Positions 28,848 to 43,054 of a DNA stretch of 64,000 nucleotides are shown one piece after another (position 1 is the stretch's first letter; each line of letters opens with the position of its first letter). The position numbers and the translations under genes were made by a program. The notes below the pieces were generated by a model. It was not told the origin of the DNA. It did no database searches and saw nothing but the letters and a program-made list of their open reading frames with translations. The DNA comes from Neocallimastix sp. 'constans' (taxonomy: Eukaryota): assembly GCA_050613775.1 (NCBI GenBank), contig JBODTK010000012.1, positions 930,001-994,000 of the forward strand. Reading direction: 5' to 3'.

Positions 28848-30710
28848 ATGGATTTTAATAATTTTGAAACTAAATTCTTTTCAAATTTAAAAAATGAAAA
28901 TGAAAATTATTTAGAATTTATTGACAATAACAGAGATTTAATTGAAAGTTTCAATGGTTTAAATGGTAATACTGATACTTTAAATGAATTTTTAAATAAA
29001 TTAATTAATTTCATTGTATATGATATAAAAGTTGAGAGTATCTTTAGTGCAATTGAAAATATTTTAAAGCATCCAGTTATGGCTAAAGTATTAGAGTTTT
29101 TTCAACAAAGCAATATTTTAATTAAAGTGTGTGAAAATAGTGTTAAAAAGATAACTAGAAGTAATAAACTCAACGATAACGAGGATAGTATCAACAATGA
29201 CTTCGAAAAAATAGATAAAAATTTAATAAAGTGGCTTTTTACTATAAACATTGACCCCTGTGTTCAAAATGAAGAGGGTATAACGGCTTTAATGTTTTCA
29301 GCACAATATCCGGAATTATTATTTGTTGTCAAATATTTGATAAAAAATAGTCCACAATGTTTATCTCTTCAAGATAAAAAGGGTGAGAATGCCCTATTTT
29401 ATAGTTTAAGAAATCCTGTTGCATTCAAAGAATTAATCAAGTCAGAAATAGATGTCAATCAACAAAATATTTTTGGAGAAACAGCACTTATTTATTGTTG
29501 TAAAAATGAAATTTACGAAATGATACCAGAACTATTAAATAATCGAAGAGATATTAATGTTAATCAGACAGATAAGGAGGACAGAACAGCTGCTATGTAT
29601 TTAGCAGAGAAAGGAAGAAATAAGGAATTTCGTGCCTTAAACCTTAGATGTTGCTTTTATGACTATAAAAATCATAAAAATGAGTCCGTTATTTCAATTT
29701 TAATTAAAAAATTATATTCCACCAATGGTAATAAAAGACTATCCTCTGAATTATTAACAGAATATTGTAAAATTCTATTAGGTTTAGTTATCTTTAATTG
29801 TGATTTTGATTTACCAGTAGATGAAGACGAAAATACAGCTCTTATGGCCATTCTTCTTGCTCGTGACTTTTATACAATCTATTGTGTTTTACAAAATAGT
29901 GAAAATTATAATTTATCCACTCAAAATAGATATGGTGAAAGTGCAAGTTCTCTCTGTATGAAGAGTAATAATAGTGCCTTTTTCTTTCCGTTGATGTTCA
30001 AACATCCTACCTTTGATTTTAAATACATTGATATTCAAACTGGTAATACTATGTTAATGTATAGTGCTATCGCCCATCCTCAATGTATCAATAAAATTGT
30101 GAAGCACAATGTTAATACTATTAATGTCACCAATAAAAAAAATGAAACTGCCTTGATATTAGCGGCAAAGATTAATAATAAAAAATCAATTATAGAATTA
30201 TTAAATCAAAGTGTGAATAATGATAAGCAAGATCACTTAGGTAATACCGCTCTTCATTACGCTGTTAAAAATAAGGAACCTGAGATAGTTAATCAATTAC
30301 TAATTGATTTTGCCAACAGAGATATTAAGAATAATGAAGGAAAAACAGCACTTCAATTGGCCCATGAAATCAATGATAAGACCATATTAAATTATATGGA
30401 AAATAATAGAATAAATTACTATGATAACAACAACAATAGCATCGAAATTGATGAAGAAAGTAATAAAAGGTCTATGGTAGAGGACATATCTGTCTTAGAA
30501 TATTTATATCCATGGATTACGCGAACATATGAAGATTTTAAAGTGAATTCTGAATGGATTGAAATAGAAAAATCAGTGTATGGTTGTCGTGTAGAAGATT
30601 TTCATTTTAATATTGAAGATATTAATAATGAAAATTCAAGTATTTGGGAAGTGTATCGGTTCAGATTAAAACCTTCAAACTATGAATTGAAGTTAAAAGA
30701 AAGTTGTTAG
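28848..30710 (+). CDS. Ankyrin-repeat protein, intronless, 620 aa
   Basis: Repeated ANK motifs: GITALMFS, GENALFYS, GETALIYC, DRTAAMYL, ENTALMAI, NETALILA, GNTALHYA, GKTALQLA. Confidence 0.9.
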   Translation: MDFNNFETKFFSNLKNENENYLEFIDNNRDLIESFNGLNGNTDTLNEFLNKLINFIVYDIKVESIFSAIENILKHPVMAKVLEFFQQSNILIKVCENSVKKITRSNKLNDNEDSINNDFEKIDKNLIKWLFTINIDPCVQNEEGITALMFSAQYPELLFVVKYLIKNSPQCLSLQDKKGENALFYSLRNPVAFKELIKSEIDVNQQNIFGETALIYCCKNEIYEMIPELLNNRRDINVNQTDKEDRTAAMYLAEKGRNKEFRALNLRCCFYDYKNHKNESVISILIKKLYSTNGNKRLSSELLTEYCKILLGLVIFNCDFDLPVDEDENTALMAILLARDFYTIYCVLQNSENYNLSTQNRYGESASSLCMKSNNSAFFFPLMFKHPTFDFKYIDIQTGNTMLMYSAIAHPQCINKIVKHNVNTINVTNKKNETALILAAKINNKKSIIELLNQSVNNDKQDHLGNTALHYAVKNKEPEIVNQLLIDFANRDIKNNEGKTALQLAHEINDKTILNYMENNRINYYDNNNNSIEIDEESNKRSMVEDISVLEYLYPWITRTYEDFKVNSEWIEIEKSVYGCRVEDFHFNIEDINNENSSIWEVYRFRLKPSNYELKLKESC

Positions 30711-30758
<48 letters not shown>

Positions 30759-30974
30759 TATTTTATTTTTTATTGTTTTATTTTATTATAATTTATATAT
30801 TTATTTATTGATTTATAGATCTATTTATCAATTATTTAATTTTAAATTTTTAATTTTAAATATAAATAAAAAAGATTATATTCCTGATAATCTTTTTTTT
30901 TTTTTATTTTACTTAATGAAAAATATCTATTAATCTTTTTTTTTTTTTTTTTTTTATATATAAATATCTATTAA

Positions 30975-31027
<53 letters not shown>

Positions 31028-31270
31028 ATATATTTAATAAATTAAATAATTATTTAGCAGATAGATATATTAGACATAAATTTAATTTAATTTAATTAAT
31101 AACCTATCTTATTTAATAATCTTATAAAGTACTATTGTAATATGATTTTAATTTTATATAAAATAATTTACATAATAAATAAAATCTTAATAAAATTTTA
31201 ATATTTTGATATCAGTATAATTTTATTCCTCATTATTACTATTTAAAATATTTTTTATATATGTATTTTT

Positions 31271-31315
<45 letters not shown>

Positions 31316-31469
31316 AATTATCTAAAAATTCATTAATATTTTTTAAAGTTAACTAATTAATAAATTATTTTTTTTTATTTATTTTTATTTTTATTTTTAT
31401 TTTTATTTTTATTTATTATTATTGTTATATATATATTTATTCCTTTATTAAATGAATTTTTATATTGTA

Positions 31470-31955
31470 ACAAATAAAGAAAAAAGGAACTCTTAAAATA
31501 TCCCTCATAAAAACAATTACAATTGTGCCAGTGAAGAAGTCTAAAATGCATGAAATTATATTATAAAAGAAATAAATGATGAAAATTTCGTTGAAGAAAT
31601 TCAAAATAAATTACCATAATATGACATCGTTCATTATTAAATCCTTATTTCTAGATTTTTATCCTAAAGAAGTTGTTGAAATTTTTTTAAATACTCTTAA
31701 TTACAATGAAGAAACGAATACCTACCTATCAGAATATGTACTCAGTTCTATGTTAGCTCTCTAAAACTGTACTACAAACTACCAGCTTGGAAAAAAACAA
31801 TTATTCACATACTAGGCTCTAGGACACAATAAAATCAATACCAATACTAGGTATCGTTCAAGGAATAGCAAACAAAAGTGGGAGAATACTGATATCATTG
31901 ATGATTATCCTCATTATGCAACATGCTCGAAGATTACCAAGATTTTAGAGTAATT
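31470..31955 (+). pseudogene. Degenerate coding relic, probably retroelement-derived
   Basis: GC-richer, codon-like stretch broken by stops and frameshifts, followed by an AT-rich TG-starting segment. No diagnostic motif recognised. Confidence 0.3.
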
Positions 31956-33269
31956 TGTATTAATAAAAATATTTTATTATTAAAAATAAAACTAAATAAT
32001 TTGATTAATAAATTACATATACTTAGTTTAAACCCAGCCTCTTATTAACGAGTAAAGTTAATAGTGCTCTATTATACTCTTTAATTATAGAATTAGAATT
32101 ATTTATTATAGAATAGTAAAAGTTTTTCCTAGTAAAACTCGAATAGAGAGGTATTAAGCTGTCTTAACCTTTGCATTTTGTATTATTCGTTATTTTAGTA
32201 ATTAAAAAACTTACTTTTTACACTGAAATACACTGTTAATTGATTTAATTCAATATAGAGTTGGAAGTGTCAATTAGGTATTTCAAAATTAATTTAAATT
32301 ATTAAAATATTATGATTATTAACACTAAAATAAAGTAAAATTTTTTTTTTATTAAGAAAAACAAAAATATACTTTATGATAAATATTTATTTATTTATTT
32401 TATTTATTTTATTAATAATTTAATTTTACATTCAAATAATAACAAAATCTTAAATATGATTATTAAATAAAATTAAACATTACTAATTTAAAATTAATAT
32501 TATATATTAATTACTTAATTTAAAAACAAAGAATAATTAAAAAAAATATCTATTTGTATTTTTCCAAAGAATTTAATTATTTTACATTTTGAATAATAAA
32601 AGAAATAAAGAAAATAAAAAAAAAAATAAAAAAAAATAAAAGAAAATAAAAGAAAATAAAAGAAAATAAAAGAAATTATTTATATACAAGGTTACTATTT
32701 ACAAGACTATTTACAATTTTATTTAACAAAAAAAATAGTTTTGAAATCATTATGATATTATTAGAAATAACTAGAACTAAACACATGTTTTTGTATAAGT
32801 TTTTATTAAAGAATTAATAATATATGAAAAAAGAATCTTTTTATTATATTTTAGAATTTTTTGAATATTGTTATTAGTAATTGTTGATAATTTGTTTATG
32901 ATTTGTTTATTATACTTAAAGTGGTCTTTTATTTAAAACTAATTGTAATTTATTATAAAAATTTAAGTTAAATTTTAATTTAAGATAAATTTTTAATATA
33001 TTTTTTTCTAAAAGTAGAATTTTGAGGAAGAGTTAAATTTAATTTTTTATTTTAAGTTTTACAATTGGTTATCAATTTAATAATTAGATTTAATTTTAGA
33101 TTAGATTAGAGTGATTCACTGTTCTAAGAGTTGATATATAATTTCATTATATTTCAATATGTAATAATTTAATTATAATTAATTATAATTAAATTATTAA
33201 CTTCAACTTTATAATAATTGAAGTAAAAATTATTATTAAATTAAAAAAAAAATAAAAAAGATAATTATA

Positions 33270-35615
33270 CTTGCTTGACTACTAGTCAATCCAAAAGGTA
33301 TAACTATGAATTGATAATTTCGGAATTTCATAGTAAGACTTGTAACTTCAACACTTTCTTCATCCATAAGTATTTGATGGTAGCCAGAATAAAGATCTAA
33401 AGAAGTAAAAATCTTAGCTCCATCTATGCTTACAAAAATTTCATCAGTATTTAGAAATGAGTAGGAATCTTTCATAGTAACATCATTGACTTTTCTATAA
33501 TCATTGGCATTTTCCTTTTATCTTTATTCTTAGGAACTAGAACAGACAGCTGATGATGACCTGATGACCACTCAGAATAAGAAGGCACAATAAGTTTTTT
33601 CTCAATTAATGTAGTTAGTTCTTCTTTTTAAAAATATCAGATTTAAGTTTAGAAAGTCCATAAAATCTTTGCTTAATTGGATGATCATCTTGTTTTAGTC
33701 CGTTTTTATGAAAAGATAAACTTAAATTTAAAGGAGTCAATTCTTTTAATGAAGTGACCACAATTTCTATATTATCTTCAAACAGTTTAACAATTTGTTC
33801 TTTATAATTTTCATTAAGAGTACTTTTAAATTTTTTATCATGAATATATTCCAGAGGAGGAAGACCTTCGATTTTCATAACTTCTTTCGAATTTTAATTA
33901 AAGTGGAAAAGTCTTAACAAAACAGACTAATTTTTCACTATCACCATATTGATTATTTATAGGTGCAATTATATCAACTATTCCTTTATCAGTAAATTGG
34001 CATAGATGATATGGAATGTGATAGATAAAGAATGTGATGGATAAACAATTTATAATTCATTTGTAATTTTAAATTAATGAGAATATCAAAGAAAGAATCT
34101 TCTTTATCTATAATTATGCATGTGCAATCCCATTGAAATTATTAATCTTGATTGGAATATTTATTAAGTAGTCTTCTGAATAATCATCATTCATAGTGTA
34201 ATTCTACCACGACTTATATCAATAGGTTCATAAGCTGAAGGTAATTTTCTTAAAAATTACTTAGTGATGATATTTAAATTATTATAAGAATCAATCAATG
34301 CTTTATCTTTGATTCCTTCAACTGTAACGTCAACCATCATCTTTATTGGATTCTTTATATTTACTTTTATATGTGTGATCAGGATTATTAACCATTATAT
34401 CAGTTGCACAGACATTATCAACAGCACCAGCTATCTTAGTATTATCCTTCTCTAACTTTAAACCTTTTAATATTTGAGATTTAATTTATTGATGAAACTT
34501 CAAAATAGTTCTCCGTATGTGATATTGCAATTGGTAGTACTAAGTCTTTAATTACCTCATGTGATTGATGATCTACTATCATTTGAATTCTTCATTGTAC
34601 TCTTGGGGTCTTGTTTCCTGGAGGTTTATTTACTTTTACATTCTCATTTACGAGTTTGCTTAAAAAATTATTAGAAATATTATTTTCTTCATGATAAGGA
34701 ATCATGTCATTCGAATCGTTAACATCCATAATTTCAACAGATGTTTCAAAAGTGTTAGTTCTTTCTTTATTTCTGAATTGCTTTTTCCTTAGCTTTTTTC
34801 CTTGCCAATTAAAGATTGAGCCATTATTGATGGATGTATTTTATGTGTCACTTGTTTAAGAATTGAATTTGCTTCCAATTCTTTTTCTTTCTTCTTTCAA
34901 AAAAAAGGTCTAACAATAGAAGGAAGATTATCTTTAATGCTATTATGAATTCTCTTTCCTTGGTTAGCTTCGTGATCATCAATCAACATTTGTCAATATT
35001 AATCTGAATTTATTTTATTGACAGTGGAAGTACTTCTTCTCCTTCTTAATGATTTAAACGTTTGTTTTCAAAGTATTCCTTATAATTTTTAGTAATAATA
35101 GCATTAAGTTTTGAATATTCATATTAGTAAAGGCCTTCTTCATTATAGAAGAAACATATACTAATAGTTAAAGCCTTTCATTCTTTTAGTTAAGTCATCA
35201 ATAACTGAATCTTTTTCCTTTATTTTTGTATACGAGAATGTTTTTCTTTTTGAATTATTGAAATTAAAATTAGATGATTTGTAGGAACTGTTAAAATTGT
35301 TACGTCTAAAGGATCAATAGGCCAAACTTTCATGGTTTGTATTCACACTGAAAATCAAAATCAAGGGAACTTTTACCCGTTTAAAATTAATTTACGAGAA
35401 TTTTCATTTCTTTCGTGATTAAGTACAAGCATTAATCTATCAACTTTTTCAGCTATTTCGAATGCTTTATTTAATAAAATGTCATCCTTGAGAGAAACCT
35501 TTTTCCAGACTTCTCTACTATTTTGTATAGAATCAGCATAGTTTGATGTACAAATTCCTCATTTCTTAACCCCAGGTTATTGTTTTATATTTTTTTTAGG
35601 AAGTATTTCAATCTG
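33270..35615 (-). mobile_element. Degenerate Ty3/gypsy retrotransposon relic (gag-protease-N-terminal RT)
   Basis: RT motifs GAKIFTSLDLYSGYHQI and FIVIPFGL (33290-33475), pre-RT PIKQRFY, and protease-like ALIDS at ~34290. Many stops and frameshifts. Confidence 0.82.
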
Positions 35616-35618
35616 GAA

Positions 35619-36213
35619 CATTACGTTTCGGAATGTGACTTTATATGAAATATGGCGTATTTAAATAAGCTGATTATGTAAAAGTGCCTTAAATTATATT
35701 AAAAAAATATATTTTATAAATAATAAAATTATTTTTATTAATATTTAATTTCAAAGATATACTTTAATACTTTTTGTTAAAATAATGATGAAATATTTAA
35801 TTTTAAATATATAAATTATATTTATACTAATTTGTTTTTTTTCTTTTATTTGTTTCACTTTTTCAATTTTTGGATCTTTTTCCATTTTTTAATGGTTAAA
35901 AATAACATATTTTTAGTTTTTTATAATTTATTATTTTTTTATTTATTTATTTAATTTTTTATTATTTATTTTATTTATTGTTTATTTATTATTATTTTTA
36001 AGGCTAACAATTTTAAACAAAGTATTTGTAAGGAAAATTTTTTGATATTCAAAATTCAAAAAAAAAAAAATTAACCCATTTATATTTATTTCTAGTTTTA
36101 CTTATTTACAATTATTTAAAATAAAAAAAAAAAAAAAAAAAAAAAAATAAAAATGTGAGGAGTTAAAATGAGAACTAAAATTTTATTTATAAATCGCATT
36201 CCGAAATGCAACA
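35619..36213. mobile_element. Degenerate MITE-like insertion with inverted termini
   Basis: Left TTACGTTTCGGAATGTGACTT vs reverse complement of right TTGCATTTCGGAATGCGATTT (17/21, all mismatches transitions). AT-rich interior. Confidence 0.5.
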
Positions 36214-37169
36214 CATTCATTTTCATAATAAAAAAAATTTCCTCATTCCTGAACAGTTATTTAATAAATAATAAAGTTTTTTTAAAACTAGAATTTTATT
36301 AATTTTAAATAAAACTAAAAAAAAAAAAATATGTGAAATTAATTCTCTCTCTTAAATCTAAAGAGTAAGAATTTAAGAATTCAAGAAAATAAGAAAGTAA
36401 GAGATTAAAAAATTAAATAAGAACATAAGTGAGAAATTAAGAGAATAAGAAAGTAATTAACTAATTTATAGTATTTACAAAATAAATTATTTATTGTATC
36501 TTCTAGTTAATTAAATAATTTTTATAATATAAACTAATTAAATTATTTAATATGTTAATGTATTAATGTATCTACTAATTAACTAAATAATTTTATTATA
36601 TTAACTGATTAAACTATTAATTATTAATTGAAATTTACAAGTTAACTAAATAATTTTTATATTATTAAAGTAAATAAATATTTAATATGAAATTAAATAA
36701 ATTTCTCAAATATGAATGTATACATACAATACAATTAAAAAAAAAAGTGATATTAAAACTAATTTGATTAAGAAATAAAATCAACCTCGCTATAAAAAAA
36801 AGTTCCATATATCACAATACAATAATGCAATAAATATAAAAAGAAAAAAAAAAAAGAAAAATTTTATGCATCACTATATGAATACATAAAAAAAACTTAA
36901 GATTATATACATCTATGTATATATACAACAATAAATATAAAATAAAAGTATTAAATTATTTAAATAAAAAAGAAAAAATAAAATTTTTAAAGATAAAAAA
37001 GATTAATTAAAATAAAAATTATATATAAATTATATTAATTATTGTATATAAATTAGGATAAAAAATAGAATTTTTCCAAATTGGAGTTGTAATATTATAA
37101 TATATAGTTAAATATTCTTTATGTTCTATATATTGTTCTATATATTGTTATATATATATATCAATAGAT

Positions 37170-37240
<71 letters not shown>

Positions 37241-38764
37241 TAGTTTATTGATATTTAAAAAAAAAAATTTTTTTTTAAAAGTTTTTCCTTTATAAATTTT
37301 TTTTTAAAATAAATTAAAAAACAAGAAATTTAATTAAAAAGGAAAAAGCTTTAATAATAACAATAATAATAATAATTAAAATATAAAAATAAAACAAATT
37401 ATAAAAAATATAAAATATAAAATATAAAAATAAATTTATAATTAAAAAAAAAACTAAAAAAGGTAATTATTAAAACTTCACAAATGAATTCCAAATGCAA
37501 CTAAAAATCAAATAAAGTTTAATTTATTAAGAATTTACATAATAAATTTTATAAAATAAACTTTATTTATTGTGTAATTAAACTTTATCTAAAAAAAATT
37601 TTATTTGAATTAATATAAAATAAATAATTAATTAATTATTTAAATAATTTAAATAAATAAATAATTAATTTAAATAAATAATTTAAATAAATAAATAAAA
37701 AGATATAAATTTTAATTATAATAAATACTAAATAATAATAAAAAGAGTTACTATTATTATATAACTTTTTGTACCACCAAAAATAGTTTTTTAGTGGATT
37801 AATTCATTATTATAATTATATATCTTATTTATTCATTCATCCATTCATCTTAATCCTATCCTAATTGATTAATAATACCTCTTTTAATAAGTACTAATAG
37901 TAACAATTTTTGTTTTACAATTATAATTTCGTATTTTTTTATTTTTATTTTAATTTTATTCTTATTTTTATATTTAATATATATATAATATATAGGTAAA
38001 TATATATATAAAATAAAGAAAATATATTTGAAAATAAAAGTAAAAAAGTTATATAAAGTTATATATATATATAAAAATTGAAAATATTATACAAACATAA
38101 ATATATAAATAAATAGATAAATAAATATATATAAATATTAATAAATTATAAAATAAAATTTTATAAACATAAATAAATAAATATATATAAATATTAATAA
38201 ATTATAAAATAAAATATAAGTATATAAAAAAAGTTTTATATATATATAATTTATATATATAAAAAAAAATAAATTTTTATTATTTTTTTTTTATTTGTTT
38301 CTATTAGAATATGATTCAAACTGTTAATTGGAATTGAACGAGTTTTTCCAGTTTTTATTCTGGTGGTTAGTACTTGGGAGCTAACATACATAAGGTTTCT
38401 GAATCGATTATGTGCATGCCTTCTTAATTTATATAGGAGCATTTTCTCTCTATACTATGTTTTCCCTATAATTAAAATTTGAAGTTCGTTCTCCAGGGTA
38501 AAGATGATTTACATATTGTCTTGGACTCTACTCAGACCTTGTGTTAAGATTCTGGATGAATAAAGAATATTATAATATATTATATATACTAACAAATATA
38601 AATATATGTAGATATATACAAATGTTTTAAAAAAATGACATGAACGATTGATAATGTTGGTTTCACTTAAAAATATTTAATCATTGTTTTCTTTGGAAAC
38701 ATTGTTTCAAGATTTATAATAATAAAAAATTAAAAATTAAAAATTAAATAACAATAAATAAAAT

Positions 38765-38806
<42 letters not shown>

Positions 38807-41800
38807 AGTAATAAAAATTGATATAGTATAAAATATAATAACTAATAAAATTAAATAAAATTATTGCTTATTATATGAATAAATAAATAAATAAATTATA
38901 ATAGTAACAACAAACAAATAAACAAATAAATAAATAAATATTAATAAATAATACTAATAATAAATAAATAATATAAATAAAATATAATAAATAGTGATAA
39001 TAAATAATAACAACAAATAAATAAATAGTATAAATAAATTGATGAATAATAGTAATAACAATAAATAAATAAATAAATAAATAAGTAAATTAATGAATAA
39101 TATTGTTGCTTTTTAGAAATAATAAAAAAAGATAAAAAGAAAAAAAAAAGATAATAATTATAATAATAATATAGAAAATTCTTCAAAAAACATTTATATT
39201 AAAATATCAAAGTAATTTAAAATAGATGAAAAACACAAGATTTAAAATTTATGATATTGAAAATTTAAGTATCATAAAAAAACAAAAAATAAAAAATTCA
39301 GTGTTTATTAATTAATATTCTTATCTTATTATATAATAAATTACAATATTATTAACTTATTTCATGAGATGAAATAATTGATTAACTCTTTAATTTAAAA
39401 TCACTATCTTTTCCTTTTTTTCTTATTTTTTTCTCCTACATTTTTGTATTAATATATATATAAACTTATTAATATAAACTTTTTGTTTTTTATTTATTTA
39501 TTATTTATTATTTATTATTTATTATTTATTATTTATTATTTATTATTTATTATTTATTATTTATTATTTATTATTTATTATTTATTATTTATTATTTATT
39601 ATTTATTATTTATTATTTATTATTTATTATTTATTATTATTTATTTATTATTATTTATTTATTATTATTTATTTATTATTTATTATTTATTATTTAATTA
39701 TTTAATTATTTAATTATTTAATTATTTAATTATTTATTATTTATTATTTAATTGTGTACGTTTTCTTTTAATTCAAAAATAATATTATTTAAAATTACTA
39801 CAGAAAAGTTTCAATAAAGAAAAAAAAATGAAATGAAATTATATCAATTAAAAAAAGAGCTTCAGAATACAATAAATAAATTAAAAAATAAGAATTAAAA
39901 AAAAAAAAAATTAAAGATGAATGTTGATCAATTCTATTTATAATTATACCTTATGATTATAATATAATAAATATTATTTAATTTGAAAAAATTTTTTTAA
40001 TTAGTCTTTATATAAAAAAAATTTTTATATTCAAATTTTGTATTTATTAATAATCTTATAAATATTGTTATCTGTTATTAAGTAAAGAGTTAAAAACATT
40101 AAGAAAAAAAAAAAAAACGAAATATGAAATGAGACTTGATCTAATTTTTATTTATTTTTATTATGCCTTTAAAATGAATTTTAAAGTTTCCATTTAATAA
40201 AAAATCCAAATAAAAATATAAAAAGTTAAAAAATTAAAAAAATATTAAAAAAAAATTAATTTTAAAATTTAATTTAGAAGAAGATGAATTATTTATTTTT
40301 ATTGGTTCATATTTTAAATTTTAATATAAATTAAAGTTTATCTCATTATTTTTGTAGAAGAAAAAAATAAATTAAAAAAAAAACAATATTTCCAAAATTG
40401 AAAAGTCAACAGAGCATGATATAAAATTATATATAAATTAAAGCTTGGAATAACAATTTAATTTAAAATTAATTAAAAATTTAATTAATCAATACTAAAT
40501 AATATCTAAAGATTTAGAAAATATAAAAAAAAAAAATAATAAAATAAAAGTAATAAAATTAAAGCAGAAAAAATAAATTATTATTAATCATTATTATAAA
40601 AAGTTGATACTTAATATATTAAAAATAATAAATTCATATGATTATCTTAATCATCTTTGATATCAGTTTTTTTTTTATTTTATATTAATTATGCCATTGA
40701 TTTTCATTTAATCTTTATTTTCATTATTTTTTATTTATTACTTTTCATTAATTGTTAAATAATAAATAAATAATAATTATTATTTTTTTTTTACATAATA
40801 TTCATTATTTATTCTAAACTGAAAAAAAATTTTTATTAAAATTTTAATTTTATTATTATTATAATTATTGTTATTAATATTATCAGTATAATTAGTATTA
40901 TTAGTATTTAAAGTTTCATTAGTTTTATTCTTTGCTCTTTTATTATTATAGTAGTTATTTATTATTAGAATCATTTATTTACTTATTCATTTATTTTCAT
41001 ATTAAAAAAATTTTTTTAATTAAAATTTAAAGTTTCAATTAATATTATCTTAATTAAAGCCTTATAATAAAAATTGAAATAAGCAATCACCAATAGCTAA
41101 AGGAAAAAATCTTTATCTTCTCTTTTTTTTTTTTTTTTTTTTTTGTTTATATATATATTTAAATTTAGTTGAAATTAATTTTTTGGCTTTCCATATAATT
41201 ATTTGTTAGAATTTAATATAAAAAGTTTATTAATTAATATTTAATGATTCATCCCTAAAAGTTTTAAACTTTTTATTTATTTATTTATTTATATAATGGA
41301 ATAATATTAAATAATACATATATTATATTATTTATTAATATTATATAACAGTATTTCATGATTATGATTCGTTTTTTTTTTTTTTATTTTTTAATTTTTT
41401 TTATATATAATATTATATAACAGTATTTCATGATTATGATTCGTTTTTTTTTTTTTTTTTTTTTTATTTTTTAATATTTATATATATATATCATTTAGTA
41501 TTATTCTTTTTGTAAATGATAATAATTAGCATGCCTTCCAAATTTCAAATAATAAATAAATAAATAAATAATTGAATAATTACAATTATAATAAAAAGCT
41601 AATAACTATATTAAATAATTATTAGTAATTATAACTATACTAATAATAATAACTATATTAATCATCATCATTAAATAATTATTATGATTATTAACCATTT
41701 TATTAAATACTAATTATTATGATTATTAACTATTTAATTAAATAATAATAGTATTAATAATATTAAAAAAAAAATGAATTTAAAGTTTTTTAATTTAATT

Positions 41801-41927
41801 TTATTATCAAATAAAGTTATAATATCTATCTTTTCTATATAATATATAATTATAAATATTAAAAAGGGATAAATATTGAATATTGTATATATATATAATA
41901 ATATTTCTTTTTTTTTTTCTTTTTTCT

Positions 41928-41958
<31 letters not shown>

Positions 41959-42277
41959 AATTAAAGGAATCAAAAATAATTAAAAAAAAAAAGTATTTTA
42001 AAATTATTTTATTTCAATTATATATATTGATTATATATATAATAAAAATACATAATTTTATTATTAAATAAATAACAAAAAAAAATAAAATTTTATATAT
42101 TGAATATATAAAAAAAAAAATTCAAAAGAAAAAAAATTAATAATAATACTGAAATATATATTTTGGTTTATTAACAAAAAGTAAATATTAATAAAAAAAT
42201 AAAAGAAAAGATTATAATAAAAAAAATAATAAGAAGAATTAAGTATTCAAAAAAAAAAAAAATAATTACAAATTAAA

Positions 42278-43054
42278 ATGAAATTAAATAATATTTTAAA
42301 AGGTTTATTTGTTACTTTAATTGGATCTTCAGTTAATGCTGCTGCTATAAGTGGAACTGGCACTGTAACTAATGTAAAATATTTAAGTGCTAAATGTTTT
42401 GCAAAGGGTGGTTTTGAATTTCATTATGATTCAACCACTGGTTCAAATGGAATAGTTTGTATTAAACGTACTCCTGATGAAAGTAGTATTATTCAATCCA
42501 CTAATGATGATTGTCCTATTGGAAGTTTAGAAGACTATTCTATAATTGTAAAGTGTTACAACTCTCTTTTACATTGGAACAAAGTATTCTATGATGCCTC
42601 AAATGATGCTGTTCAAGAGTACGAAGCTGTCATTCCAAAAACTGAAAATTTTAAAAGTACTAAGACTGTTCCTGTGGAACAAGAAAAAACCGGAAACAAT
42701 GTTGTCGTAGGTGATAAAAATGAGGCTTGCTCCACTAAGGTTGTCAATTTAATTAATACTAGTAGTGAAGATTGTTTCAGATTTGGTGGTAACATTTATT
42801 ATCATAACAACAAACCAAGAGTTTGTTCCGTTCCAAATGAAGTCTGTATTAAAAAGGTTGAAAAATACTATGAAATTATTGATTCTAACTACATGAACTG
42901 TCAAATTGGTGATAAGGGAACTAAATTAGGAAATAGTAAGATTAAAAAATGTATGAAATCTATCAAAAAATGGAATAAAATTTATGATACTGACAAAGAA
43001 AATGTTAAAGAGAACAAAGAAGAAGAAATCATTGATGATGAAGACGAAGAATAA
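42278..43054 (+). CDS. Secreted cysteine-rich protein of unknown function with an internal two-fold repeat and acidic tail
   Basis: 258-aa intronless ORF with AAAATG start context and signal peptide MKLNNILKGLFVTLIGSSVNA. Two homologous modules: CF..GG...Y / VCIK / C.IG / I.KC..S...WNK..D. Confidence 0.85.
   Translation: MKLNNILKGLFVTLIGSSVNAAAISGTGTVTNVKYLSAKCFAKGGFEFHYDSTTGSNGIVCIKRTPDESSIIQSTNDDCPIGSLEDYSIIVKCYNSLLHWNKVFYDASNDAVQEYEAVIPKTENFKSTKTVPVEQEKTGNNVVVGDKNEACSTKVVNLINTSSEDCFRFGGNIYYHNNKPRVCSVPNEVCIKKVEKYYEIIDSNYMNCQIGDKGTKLGNSKIKKCMKSIKKWNKIYDTDKENVKENKEEEIIDDEDEE

Noticed and set aside
38290..38560. Reassigned-stop (TAA/TAG = Gln) reading of the GC island
   Set aside because: Several TAR codons in one frame are expected at this AT content, the read-through peptide is unrecognisable, and real genes here end in TAA or TAG.
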